Origin: Podarcis filfolensis
Lineage: Eukaryota
Length of the DNA stretch: 64,000 nt
Strand: one strand, 5' to 3'
Assembly: GCA_964270895.1 (NCBI GenBank)
Contig: OZ185441.1
The notes under the pieces: model-generated
Told to the model about the DNA's origin: nothing
Databases searched by the model: none
Seen by the model: only the letters and a program-made list of their open reading frames with translations
Shown here: piece after piece, positions 34,731 through 44,693 of the stretch
How positions within the stretch are numbered: the stretch's first letter is position 1
Layout of the letters: every line of letters starts with the position of its first letter
Position numbers and translations under genes: made by a program

Positions 34731-36460
34731 TAATTAGGTGAATCTCTGCAAGCCAGCACATCGAACAACAAAACTTTTTCTCCCCCTCTGGGGAGGAAAA
34801 GAACTTCCTAAAAATTTCTGCATAAAAAAATCTTTTATTTTTACTTTGAATTCCAATTCTTTATTTGCACTCCCGAGTGGCAAGGGGGCAAATTTACCCC
34901 AAACAAGAGAAATAGTGAGATTTATTTTCTCTCTTTTTCAGTGTACTATATGTTATGCTTTTGAGCTTCTTTCTTTCATTTCTGCCTTTGACTAGAAAAA
35001 GAGAGCCCTCTGAATTGGGAAATGCTGGATTTGAATCCTGAGATGCTTAGCTTTTCACAGATTGCCTGAATGCAGCAGGTGCTTGCAAGCTCTTTGCTGG
35101 CATTTGTTCTGTACCCCTTTCCAAAACACCTGGATGCTGCCACAGCTCTGTGCTTCTAGACAGGCTTAAGCACAGTTTTAAACAGTACTGTACTCCGGCA
35201 GACAAAAGCTAGTGTTTGCTTATATGCAAAAGCTTCACTCGATTAAAAATGTGGATGGGGTCAATCTCACGGCCAAAGCTAGATATGACAAGATGACATA
35301 CCCATCAACTGTTCTGCTCTTGAGTGGGACACACCAGCTTCTGATTGGATCCCAGGATGCACCAAGGAGAGCACAGCCCCGAAATATCCCCGTATTCCAG
35401 TCACCTGGATCCCACAAGCGCGTAGCTCCAAAAGACATGCATTCCGATTTTCCTCTATGGGATGTTGGAGGGTATAAGTTTATCTGTAACTGGGATCTCC
35501 TTCTGGGTTTTGATTATTTAACAACTAGCCCCAAAGAACTGCTTTGAAAAACTTGGGAGATAACCTTGGGGAGGCAAAGTTAACCCTCCCGCCACACAAC
35601 TTCTCAAATCTAAATCACTTAAACTTTTTAACGATACCTGCCACCATTGTGACTGCGTGCCTGCAGCACACTCAGTCTCTCCAAAACCACCTTTTTTTGT
35701 TTTGCAAAAATAGGGGAGTTTTCAAACATCTGGCAGGCCATAACACATTACTGGTGAGTTTCATATAACACAGCAGGACACATTGTGCAGACCTGGTTAT
35801 TGGTATACCCGTTTAGATTTATCAACTTTCTCTCCTTCTAAGAATGCCACATTAAAATTATACCTCTTGCCTGTATTGGGGAAACCTTTTGCTTGGCATT
35901 TAGAAGAAATGTCATTCTTTCTTACTGCATGAAATAGAGCTTTAGCTTCAAATACAGCTTGTTCTATTCATAATTGGAGGAAGGGGTCTGATTTGGGGGG
36001 GGGGGATGATAAAATATATCAAAGTATCAGATATAACTCTCTCTATCCCATGATATTCTCAAGCAGTATCTAGTATACTTTTAATATTTATGGAGAAGAA
36101 CAAGCAGTTGGATAAATAATGAAAACAGAGGAATGCTCTCTCTTTTTTGTATTGCACAGTGATCTCCATCTTAAAAGCAAGCACCTCTAAAAGAAAGGGA
36201 CATGGATGTGACAAGAATTCTGACATTCCTCATGTAAAATTAATAGCAACATTGGGAAGAATAAAAAGAAATCCTACCTTTTGAATGCTGCTGTAAATTT
36301 TAAAGTAGCTTCTCCTGTTACGAAATGCCTTCGCATTCAATCTTTTCCTTCTGAAATAAAAATATATAAATGATTTCGTTTGCATGACATCTTCATTCAT
36401 ACTTGAAATATCCAGGCCAGGCCCCTCATTTGTGAATGCGCAGTCTAAACACATTTACAC

Positions 36461-36790
36461 TAGGGCTGGGCGATATCTGGTTTTTCAATATCATGATATA
36501 TATCACCAACCAAGCATCATAAGATCTCGATATATCACAATATATATATATATATATCCACGGCAGTGGAGGGCCTCGCCGGGCCTCCCTGTGGGGGAGG
36601 AGGACCCCATCTTGCATCCCCGTGGAAGCAGAGGGCTTTGTTGGGCATCTCAGTGGTGGAGGGACTCTCAGGAATCCGTGTGGCAGAGGGCCTCATTGCA
36701 CCTATCCACAGTGGTGGAGGGCCTCGCCGGGTCTTCCTGCAGCAGCAGAGGGCCCCATTGTGCCTGCCCTTGGAAGTGGAGGGTCTCCAA
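36461..36790. mobile_element. hAT-like element end with GC-rich internal repeats
   Basis: Starts TAGGGCTGGGCGATAT (TAGGG-type hAT terminus) with repeated GATAT/ATATC subterminal motifs. No partner TIR found. Confidence 0.55.
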
Positions 36791-37221
36791 TAAACAAACA
36801 AACAAACATCCTTTTTAATATGGAGAAAAGCTATTTAGGGGGGAAATAAAAACAACAACACTTCCTCCTTCCCCCCACCAGTTGGGGTGGGTGTGAAAGA
36901 AGCACTTTCCAATTCTTTGCTTATGTTCCCTGTTTACTTTGCTGCTGGAGCTTTTGAGTTTTTGAGAGCAGGAAGTTCTACTGAAAGAGTTGGTTTATAT
37001 GCTTGCAAGTGGTTAAAAGTGGCCGAGGAAAGGAGCAAGAAACATATTGGTGAAGCTGAAAGGGTTTGCTGGTTTGTGTGAGGGCTTATGTCATTTCTTA
37101 TCTGTTAGGAGGGAGGAGGGAGAGAGAGCAAACAAAGCCTGCAAAGTATCCGCAAAGTATCTGTTCAGCTGAGCTGCTGGCTGGGAAACCATCAAGTCTC
37201 AACCTTTCGTTCACCAGTATA

Positions 37222-37452
37222 TAGTGGTACCTCGGGTTACATACACTTCAGGTTTCATACGCTTCAGGTTACAGACTCCGCTAACCCAAAAATAGTACTT
37301 CGGGTTAAGAACTTTGCTTCAGGATAAGAACAGAAATTGTGTGGTGGCAGCAGGAGGCCCCATTAGCTAAAGTGGTACCTCAGGTTAAGAACAGTTTCAG
37401 GTTAAGAACGGACCTCCGGAACAAATTAAGTACTTAACCCAAGGTACCACTG
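37222..37452 (-). mobile_element. Tigger/pogo-like MITE, 231 bp
   Basis: TIRs (left terminal C changed to T) and TA flanks. Confidence 0.9.
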
Positions 37453-37602
37453 TATTGCCTTGCTGAAACACTTATCACAATGTTATTTTGGGGTACAATT
37501 TCATGAGCCAGCACCAAACAAACTTACTAACATCTTTTAATTAAAAATATATACATATCACAATGCATTTTGCAATGCGTCCACAGATTTCATGTACAGT
37601 TT

Positions 37603-37731
37603 CAGACCCTCCAAATGCCCCTATTTTTCCACGAACAGTCCCAGATTCACAGAAGTCATCCCGGTTTCTGATTTGATGCTGGAATTCCTTAGGACATCCC
37701 TATTTTCATTGGAGAAATGTTGGAGGGTATG
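37603..37731. mobile_element. CA(T/G)ACCCTCCAA-terminated MITE, 129 bp
   Basis: Inverted termini CAGACCCTCCAAA and TTGGAGGGTATG; same family as 878-978. TSD not evident. Confidence 0.7.
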
Positions 37732-38959
37732 GAGTTATCTGACCCCCAAACCAAGGAAATTAGTACCCTATAGAAGACTTCTGAAGGCAGCTATGTGTGT
37801 GCTGGCATTATCAGGGGTATAAAAAGAGAAGCATGAAGTTATATTGAAATTACTAATTTATATGTCTGACGAAATACAGAGGGAAGCTCCTACAGGAAAA
37901 AGAACTGCGGGGTGATTCAAAACATAGCCATGCCATGCATGCAGATAAAAGAGACAGAACCCATACCATTACTTCCAAAGTCACTATAGTTTTGACTCCA
38001 TAATTGGAGAAGTTTGTGCTGTAGTAGAACTGCGTTATTGAAACCTTGCATATTGAAACCTTGAAAGTATCATCCACACATTTTAGCCATCGGAGTACTT
38101 TGCTTCTGGTGTGTCCTTGGTAGGGCAAAACATAAAGAGGGAACTCTCCTATAGATTGGAGCATTAATATTTATGCTTATATAGAAACAGTTCAAGCTTA
38201 GCTGGCATGAGAAAAAAACTCTTCGATTTTGAGGATGCAAAAGTATAAAAAGCAGATTTAAACCCATACTCTCTTCTAGCTGGAAGCGACTGGATGATCA
38301 AAATCAGTGCGGTATCAACCAGGCGGTACCTGGTTTTGTCTTAAACTACTGGCATTGAGTTGTACTTCAAACTCTTCTTTAGGCACAACACATCAGGCAG
38401 TATTTTCCACCCAAACTCCAATAAACCTGCTTTCTTTAAAAAAAATAAAAATAAATCAAAGTTATTTTTCCTCGTTGCACATATCTGAATCCTTTTTTAA
38501 AAAATACAAAACTAAAAAACTCTGCTGTCTGTTGATTATTGATTGAGGCACCTCATAAATACTTAGGCTTATTAAGTGTCTATACAGCTCCCTGACAGAG
38601 TTCTTAAATGCAGGCCTGGGGCTGAAGCAAGGTTTCTCTTTAAGCTGAGAGAAGGGGAATTTCAGAGGCTGAGTTGGGCTTAAGAGGACGGCACACTGTT
38701 AATTCACTCTGGCTGTTTACAACAAAGTCATAACAGTATGACACTCTGTGTTGAGAGTGTGAGAGTGAGTGACAAGTCATTCCATAGGGAGTCTGCTAAG
38801 CACTTTGGCCACTCTGCCTACAGCTAGCCCATAACTAAACAAATGTTGTGTTTGGTGCATCCAGTATACTGAGCCACTACTTTCTGGACCACACAAACAG
38901 AAGCACCCAGCAGCCTGCTTCTATTATTACATACCCCTCAACTGTCCTGATTTCGACAG

Positions 38960-39191
38960 GACATCCAGGAATTACTGAAGCCCTCCTGGCTTCTGATTGT
39001 ATCCTGGAATGTCTTATTTTCCCCTCCAATGCTGCTACCATGCTCAGGGAAGAAAATGAGGGGACACTTGCAGCCAGTGCTGGGGCTTGCAGTGGTGCCA
39101 TGTCAACTAGTGGTCCAAAGTCAACTAGCTTCCGCAAGAGCTTGGTATCGAAAGACACAAGTCCTTATTTTCGTCAGCGGAATATTGGACG
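38960..39191 (+). CDS. Candidate coding exon or alternative first coding exon of an unidentified gene
   Basis: Acceptor CTGTCCTGATTTCGACAG, donor G|GTATGT, unique sequence. Open frame HPGITEALLASDCILECLIFPSNAATMLREENEG...SFRKSLVSKDTSPYFRQRNIGR. Kozak-like GCTACCATG with the ATG at 39040. Product not recognised. Confidence 0.35.
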
Positions 39192-39609
39192 GTATGTTGC
39201 TATGATTAGTCAATCTAGTTGTCACTTTATGCCAAAGCCTCAAGCTGACACACAATGGAATAGTAACAAAACATCCAATGCATTGGAAGAGCAATCAAAA
39301 GGAGAAAATGCAACATGAACCAGCTGCAGATACAACACACACAAATGCACTGTATCATCATCATCATTAAACTTATGGCGGTTTATCAGATTTGCATGAG
39401 TCCTGAATCTCAAGCTGAAATGGTCCACTTTGGAAAGTTTCAGTGCTTGTCCAAACTGAAGTAAGTTCTCACCAAAGCTCCCTGAAATGCAGCAGGAACC
39501 TCCAAAATGAATTTAGGAATATTTGGGGCAGTTTTGGAATTATTATGTTCTTCTAATGTAAGCCAATCTGATGTATTCTCACTGGAATGAGAATGATCAC
39601 ATAAATAGA

Positions 39610-39858
39610 AGGAGGAGGAGGAGAGGAGGAGGAGGAGTTTGGACTGGATATCCCGCCTTTCACTCCCCTTAAGGAGTCTCAAAATGGCTAACAATCTCCT
39701 TTCCCTTCCTCCCCCACAACAAACACTCTGTGAGGTGAGTGGGGCTGAGAGACTTCAGAGAAGTGTGACCAGCAGCTGCATGTGAAGGAGCAGGGAAGCG
39801 AACCCGGTTCACCAGATTATGAGTCCACCGCTCTTAACCACTACACCACACTGGCTCC
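39610..39858 (-). mobile_element. tRNA-headed squamate SINE with L2-like tail (Squam2-like)
   Basis: Minus head GAGCCAGTGTGGTGTAGTGGTTAAGAGC with B-box-like GGTTCGCTTCCC and a (TCC)n tail. Appears to lack about 15 nt in the body relative to the recalled consensus. Confidence 0.85.
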
Positions 39859-40469
39859 CAGGAGACACCGCTGGCATTTTGTTAACACTATGTTGTTGAC
39901 ACCCCGTCATTTTGTCTTTAACTGGTTATCCAGCTAGTGAGGCAGAGATGGTATGAGGAGTAACTATGTCATTTGCCCCTCCCACATATTACATAAACTG
40001 CCAGAAGCACCCATGCACAAGTGGGAACTGCTAAAATAAAATGTAGATCAACAATGGGAAAGTATTCTCAGAATACTATGTGACTGAGTAAAGAGGTTCT
40101 CAGGGGTGAAGGGTAATGTGCAGCTCTCCTCTCGTCAGATTATAACAAAGTGGTTGCCTTGAAAAATTATGCTGCTGTGCTGGTTTCATATATTGCTCTC
40201 TGCCCTCATAACTGAGAAAACTGCATTTTCTCCTCTACCATGCCCATCTAGTCTGCTGCCTCTGCCGATATATCAGAAATGATAATAACCCAAAGAAGAA
40301 AATGAGGATATACTGAGATTACTTCACATAGCCTGTGCAATAGTTGACAAGCATGGGGAATCCCAGAAGCATCACTATTGCCCAGAAAGCATGACCCCAT
40401 CACTGACTGAGTTGGTTCCTGAGAGGCAACTCCCAGAGCAGATGATAAAACCTTGCTGAACCTAGGCTG

Positions 40470-40710
40470 CTGTGGGCCTACTCAGTCCTAGATGAGGGGC
40501 TTCCTGGCAATGAAGCCAATGACCTATTTAGTCCAGCATCTCACAGTGGCCCACCAGATGCCTGTGGACCACCCACAAGCAGGACCCAAGCACAACAACA
40601 CTCTCCCTTTCCATGGTTTCCAGAACCTGGTATTCAGAAGCACTGATGCTTCTGACTATGGAGACAGTGCATAGTCATTATGGCTAGTAGCCATAATAGC
40701 ATTATCCTCC
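40470..40710 (-). mobile_element. Old CR1-type 3' fragment
   Basis: AGTCCAGCATC..CAGTGGCC.ACCAGATGCC..GG..ACCCACAAGCAGG; related to the remnant at 16095-16190. Confidence 0.55.
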
Positions 40711-40879
40711 TTGCTACCTTGCATTTTACTATAGTGCTGCTTTCAGTTCCACAGGCACCTTGAACTCCATATTAAGGAACAAAGTTGAGTTATAAATGTA
40801 CTTAAATACAATAAACAAGTGCAAAGTGCAACAAAATTTTCCAGGACACTGCATTCCAATTAGCTACCAGGCCTACTTC

Positions 40880-41150
40880 CAGGCCTACCAGTATTGACCC
40901 ATAAAGCCTTTAATGGCTCAAGACCACAGTACCTCAAGGACAGCCTCTCCCCATAAAAACCTACTTGAGATCATCATCTTGATGTACCTCCTCCATGAGA
41001 GGTTTGGCGAGTGCCAATACGAGAATGGGCTTTTCTGTAGTGGTTCCCCATCTGTGAAATGCTCTCCTCAGGGAAGCTTGTCTGGCACCTTCATTCTACA
41101 CCTTTAAGCACCAAGCAAAAACGTTCCTCTTCAACCTGACCTTGGGCTGC
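40880..41150 (+). mobile_element. Old L2 3' fragment
   Basis: TAAAGCCTTTAATGGCTCAAGACCACAGTACCTCAAGGAC is the reverse complement of 17590-17625. Confidence 0.7.
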
Positions 41151-41153
41151 TTA

Positions 41154-41494
41154 AAAGGTAAGGGACCCCTGACAGTTAAGTCCAGTTGCGAACGACTCTG
41201 GGGTTGCGGCGCTCATCTCGCTTTACTGGCTGAGGGAGCCGACGTTTGTCTGCAGACAGTTTTCCCAGGGCATGACTAAGCCGCTTCTGGCAAACCAGAG
41301 CAGTGCACGGAAACGCCGTTTAGCTTCCCGCCGGAGCTATCTACTTGCACTTTGACGTGCTTTCAAACTGCTAGGTTGGCAGGAGTTGGGACTGAGCAAC
41401 GGGAGCTCACCCCGTCATGGGGATTCAAACTGCCAACCTTCTGATCGGCAAGCCCAAGGCTCAGTAGTTTACACCACAGTGCCACCCGTGTCCC
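41154..41494 (-). mobile_element. Sauria SINE (long variant, internal deletions)
   Basis: Head and tail present; 8-bp TSD CTTGGGCT at 41141-41148 and 41497-41504. Confidence 0.93.
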
Positions 41495-42728
41495 TTCTTG
41501 GGCTAATTAACATGCTATAAATGAATTTGTGGGAGGGGGATTATTGGTTTGGTTTGTTCTTCCTTTGTGAAGAATTTTGTGTTTCTATCCAGTATTCTTA
41601 TGCTGTGAACCGCCCTGCAATCTTCAGATGAAGGGTATTATATAATTTTAATAAATAATAATAATAACAATAATTACCCCTCTCTCCTGCTTTTCCATCC
41701 CCCGCTGTCAGTCAGAGTGTTCCATTGTCACTAAAAATGCTGTGATTTTTATTATTATCGCCTTGATTCTTTTCTAAATGGTTTGTGTAGTTTTTCAAAC
41801 CTTGGGGTACCACAGTCTGCTGACACCCCCCTTTATACCTATTTTGGCTTATATAGGCACTGATACTCTGAGGATTAGTACACAGGATGAATAAAAGTAT
41901 ACTAACCTAGAACTGCAAGGAGGATGCTCACACATTGTCCTGGTAGCTGAGAAAATGCACATTATATATTTTCAAGGAAGCGTAGTTGTGAGCCCCCGAT
42001 TTCAATATCTGGGAAGGGGTCCCATTGCTCCATGTATCAAAGGTTTAGGAAATATTGCTATGAGTTCCAACTGCCCCTTTCCACTGTCATCAGGATGTGA
42101 TCTTTCAGCTCTAAGTTGTAGGCAAGTTAAATATAGACACATTGAACATGAAGAATGTTGCATGTAGATGAGGCTACATTTCCTAAGGACAATCATTTAA
42201 AGTGACAAAGGCTTAATCTTAAACACACTTTTACTAAAGTATTGGGAAATATGGAATAGAACCAAGAGATAATTAGCACTTGAGCTTTCCTCTGGAAGAG
42301 ACCTCTGAGAAAAAAAAAGGAAAGGTAATCTTTGCTTCTTTTCTATGTAACCCTTAGAGCCTTTAATCTCTGCATATCACATAGTTTCCTGAATCTTGCT
42401 GTAGGATGTTTAAGCTGAAGGGCATCATGTTCAGAGAAAGGCCAGTTTCATCTCAGTACTTTTTACAAATCCCACAGATATCTTAAAAATACAAGTTAAA
42501 TGGGAGGGTTTGGGAGGGGTGGTGGACTAGGCTTGCAATAGATAAAATCCATCTGTTCGGCTGCAAATGATATGCATGTGCACACATGCGCACACACTCA
42601 AGCATGTGCACATGTCAAGATTCTCAGAAGAAGTCAGCCAAAATTAAGCAACGTCAAATCCCATTGATTTCAGTGGAGAAGTTACCATTTCCATTGAAAT
42701 CAATAGGATATAAATATATTTACCATTA

Positions 42729-42771
42729 GGGACACGGGTGGTGCTGTGGGTTAAACCACAGAGCCTAGGGC
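42729..42771 (+). mobile_element. Sauria SINE head only (about 43 bp)
   Basis: GGGACACGGGTGGTGCTGTGGGTTAAACCACAGAGCCTAGGGC, after which homology stops. Confidence 0.8.
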
Positions 42772-43779
42772 AGAACATATTGATGTGGGGGATGTGGTAC
42801 CTCAAGACGTGAGACCAAGCACTGTGTAATTTAACCAATTGTTCATATTGCACCAACGAAAGCACCATGGACAGTTCTCTCAGCATTGCCTGGAAGGGAG
42901 CTTCCAAGAATGGATCTCCTTCTACAAGCATAGACCTTCATCTCTTCTCATGGAAAGGAGAGCCGCCATATCATATGGGATGTCTTATATAACTTTCATA
43001 TGGAATCTACATTTATTGCACAGGTGAATATGTAGGAAATTTGCTCAGATGATCACAGAAAACCTGACAGATTACAGCTAATGTGCTCATTTTAATGAAT
43101 TATTCTAGAAAAATGGTATCCAAAATTGCCAATATAAAAATGAAACTGCTTGAAATGGGCATAGAAGACTTGCACTATAAATGAACTTGAACTTCCCATT
43201 TGCCCCTAAAATATATCTTCAAATGGCTGTGTACACACTCCAATGTGCTCCCACTGTTAGTTTAGGAAGTGGTGTACTTATTAATTTGTGCTTCATCCAT
43301 TCATAGTTTCAGTCATTCAGTCATTCAGTCAGTCAAAGTTTGGAATCAAGTAAATTACAGACAACAGTGATAGATCAAATAAATGAAAGCACTGAAAATC
43401 TATTCTTAAAGTAAAAATAGAAGAATAGTTATATTCAAGGTTAAATCACTAGGAGAATTACAGCTTTCAAAGAGAAAGCTGTTCAGGTCCCCATAATGTC
43501 AAGAAGACAACCATGATTCATGCTATGGGAACTCATAAATTCTGTTTGTTAGAGATTTCACTCATCTTTCACTGCCCTGCTTTTCTATAAATCATGATCA
43601 AAGTGACCTATAAAAAGAAGAAACCTCAGTAAATTACAATATATTTGATAATCATTATTATTATTAAAAATCCCAATAAAATTGAAGAGATTATATCAGC
43701 AAGTTTACATAGAAGAATCAAAATCACAAATTCATAAGTACCTGGAACAGATCTAAAAGCGGATAAAGAGAGATCCTGT

Positions 43780-44215
43780 TCATGGGCCATTACGGAGTCA
43801 ATATCAGCACTTTAAATTGAGCCTAGGAACAAATAGATAGCCAATGAAAGTTCTATAGGGCTCAAAGTTATTTGCTCTGATTAAGACCCTGGCAGCTGAG
43901 TTCTGGACCAATTTAAGCTTTCATGCTGTCTTCAGAGGCAGCCCACACACATCCCGATGAGAATAGTACAGTGCTGTTTAACTTGGGAATGAAGAGGATC
44001 ATCAGCAGGTAAAGCAGCCAAAGTTGATGGCACTACAAAGTCCAAGACACTACAACCACCAGACATGCACTGTAGGTGAGAGTACTCCCAGAGTGATCCT
44101 TCAGAGTGAATAATGCCCCATTCACAAAAGGTTGTAGCCCTCTGTTCAAATAAGAATTCTCAACCAATAGCGCACCCATCTTGTCAGAGTTAAGTTTCAG
44201 TTTGTTTATTAACAT
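43780..44215 (-). mobile_element. Old L2 fragment
   Basis: ORF 44033-44215(-) reads INKLKLNSDKMGALLVEN; the flanks align to 17620-18070. Confidence 0.75.
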
Positions 44216-44336
44216 TTATTAACATTCATTGCCAAACTGATTTCAAACACAGGTTCATGATCCGTAAGCTCTCCTTAGGATCAGGAAATGGAAATGAAAG
44301 ATTTAGATCTGAGTAATATGTGCGGGTAGTGCTGTG

Positions 44337-44693
44337 GGGACGTGGGTGGCGCTGTGGGCTAAACTACAGAGCCTAGGGCTTGCCGATCAGAAGGTTGGCG
44401 GTTCGAATCCCCGAGACGGGGTGAGCTCCTGTTGTTCGGTTCCAACTCTTGCCAACCTAGCAGTTCAAAAGCACAAAGTGCAAGTAGATAAATAGGTAGT
44501 GCTGCTGTGGGAAGGTAAACGGCGTTTCCGTGCACTGCCGTGGTTCACCAGAAGTGGCTTAGTCATGCTGGCCACATGACCCGGAAGCTGTCTGTGGACA
44601 AACATCGGCTCCCTCGGCCAGTAAAGCGAGATGAACGCCGCAACCCCAGAGTCGTCCATGACTGGACTTAATGGTCAGGGGTCCCTTTACCTT
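44337..44693 (+). mobile_element. Sauria SINE, full length (long variant)
   Basis: Head and tail present; TSD TAATATGTGC / TAATATATGC at 44314-44323 and 44694-44703. Confidence 0.95.

Noticed and set aside
38050-38125. Minus-strand RWLKCVDDTF, resembling the Penelope RT WLRYVDDTF motif
   Set aside because: The flanking residues do not follow the Penelope RT pattern, so this is probably a coincidental short match.
38877-39158. Minus ORF containing KLVDFG (kinase DFG-like)
   Set aside because: No other kinase motifs and no acceptor. It is better explained as the antisense shadow of the + strand frame.
39800-39858. tRNA gene (also 51200-51266 and the Sauria SINE heads)
   Set aside because: These are tRNA-derived SINE heads attached to LINE-like tails, not complete cloverleaf genes.
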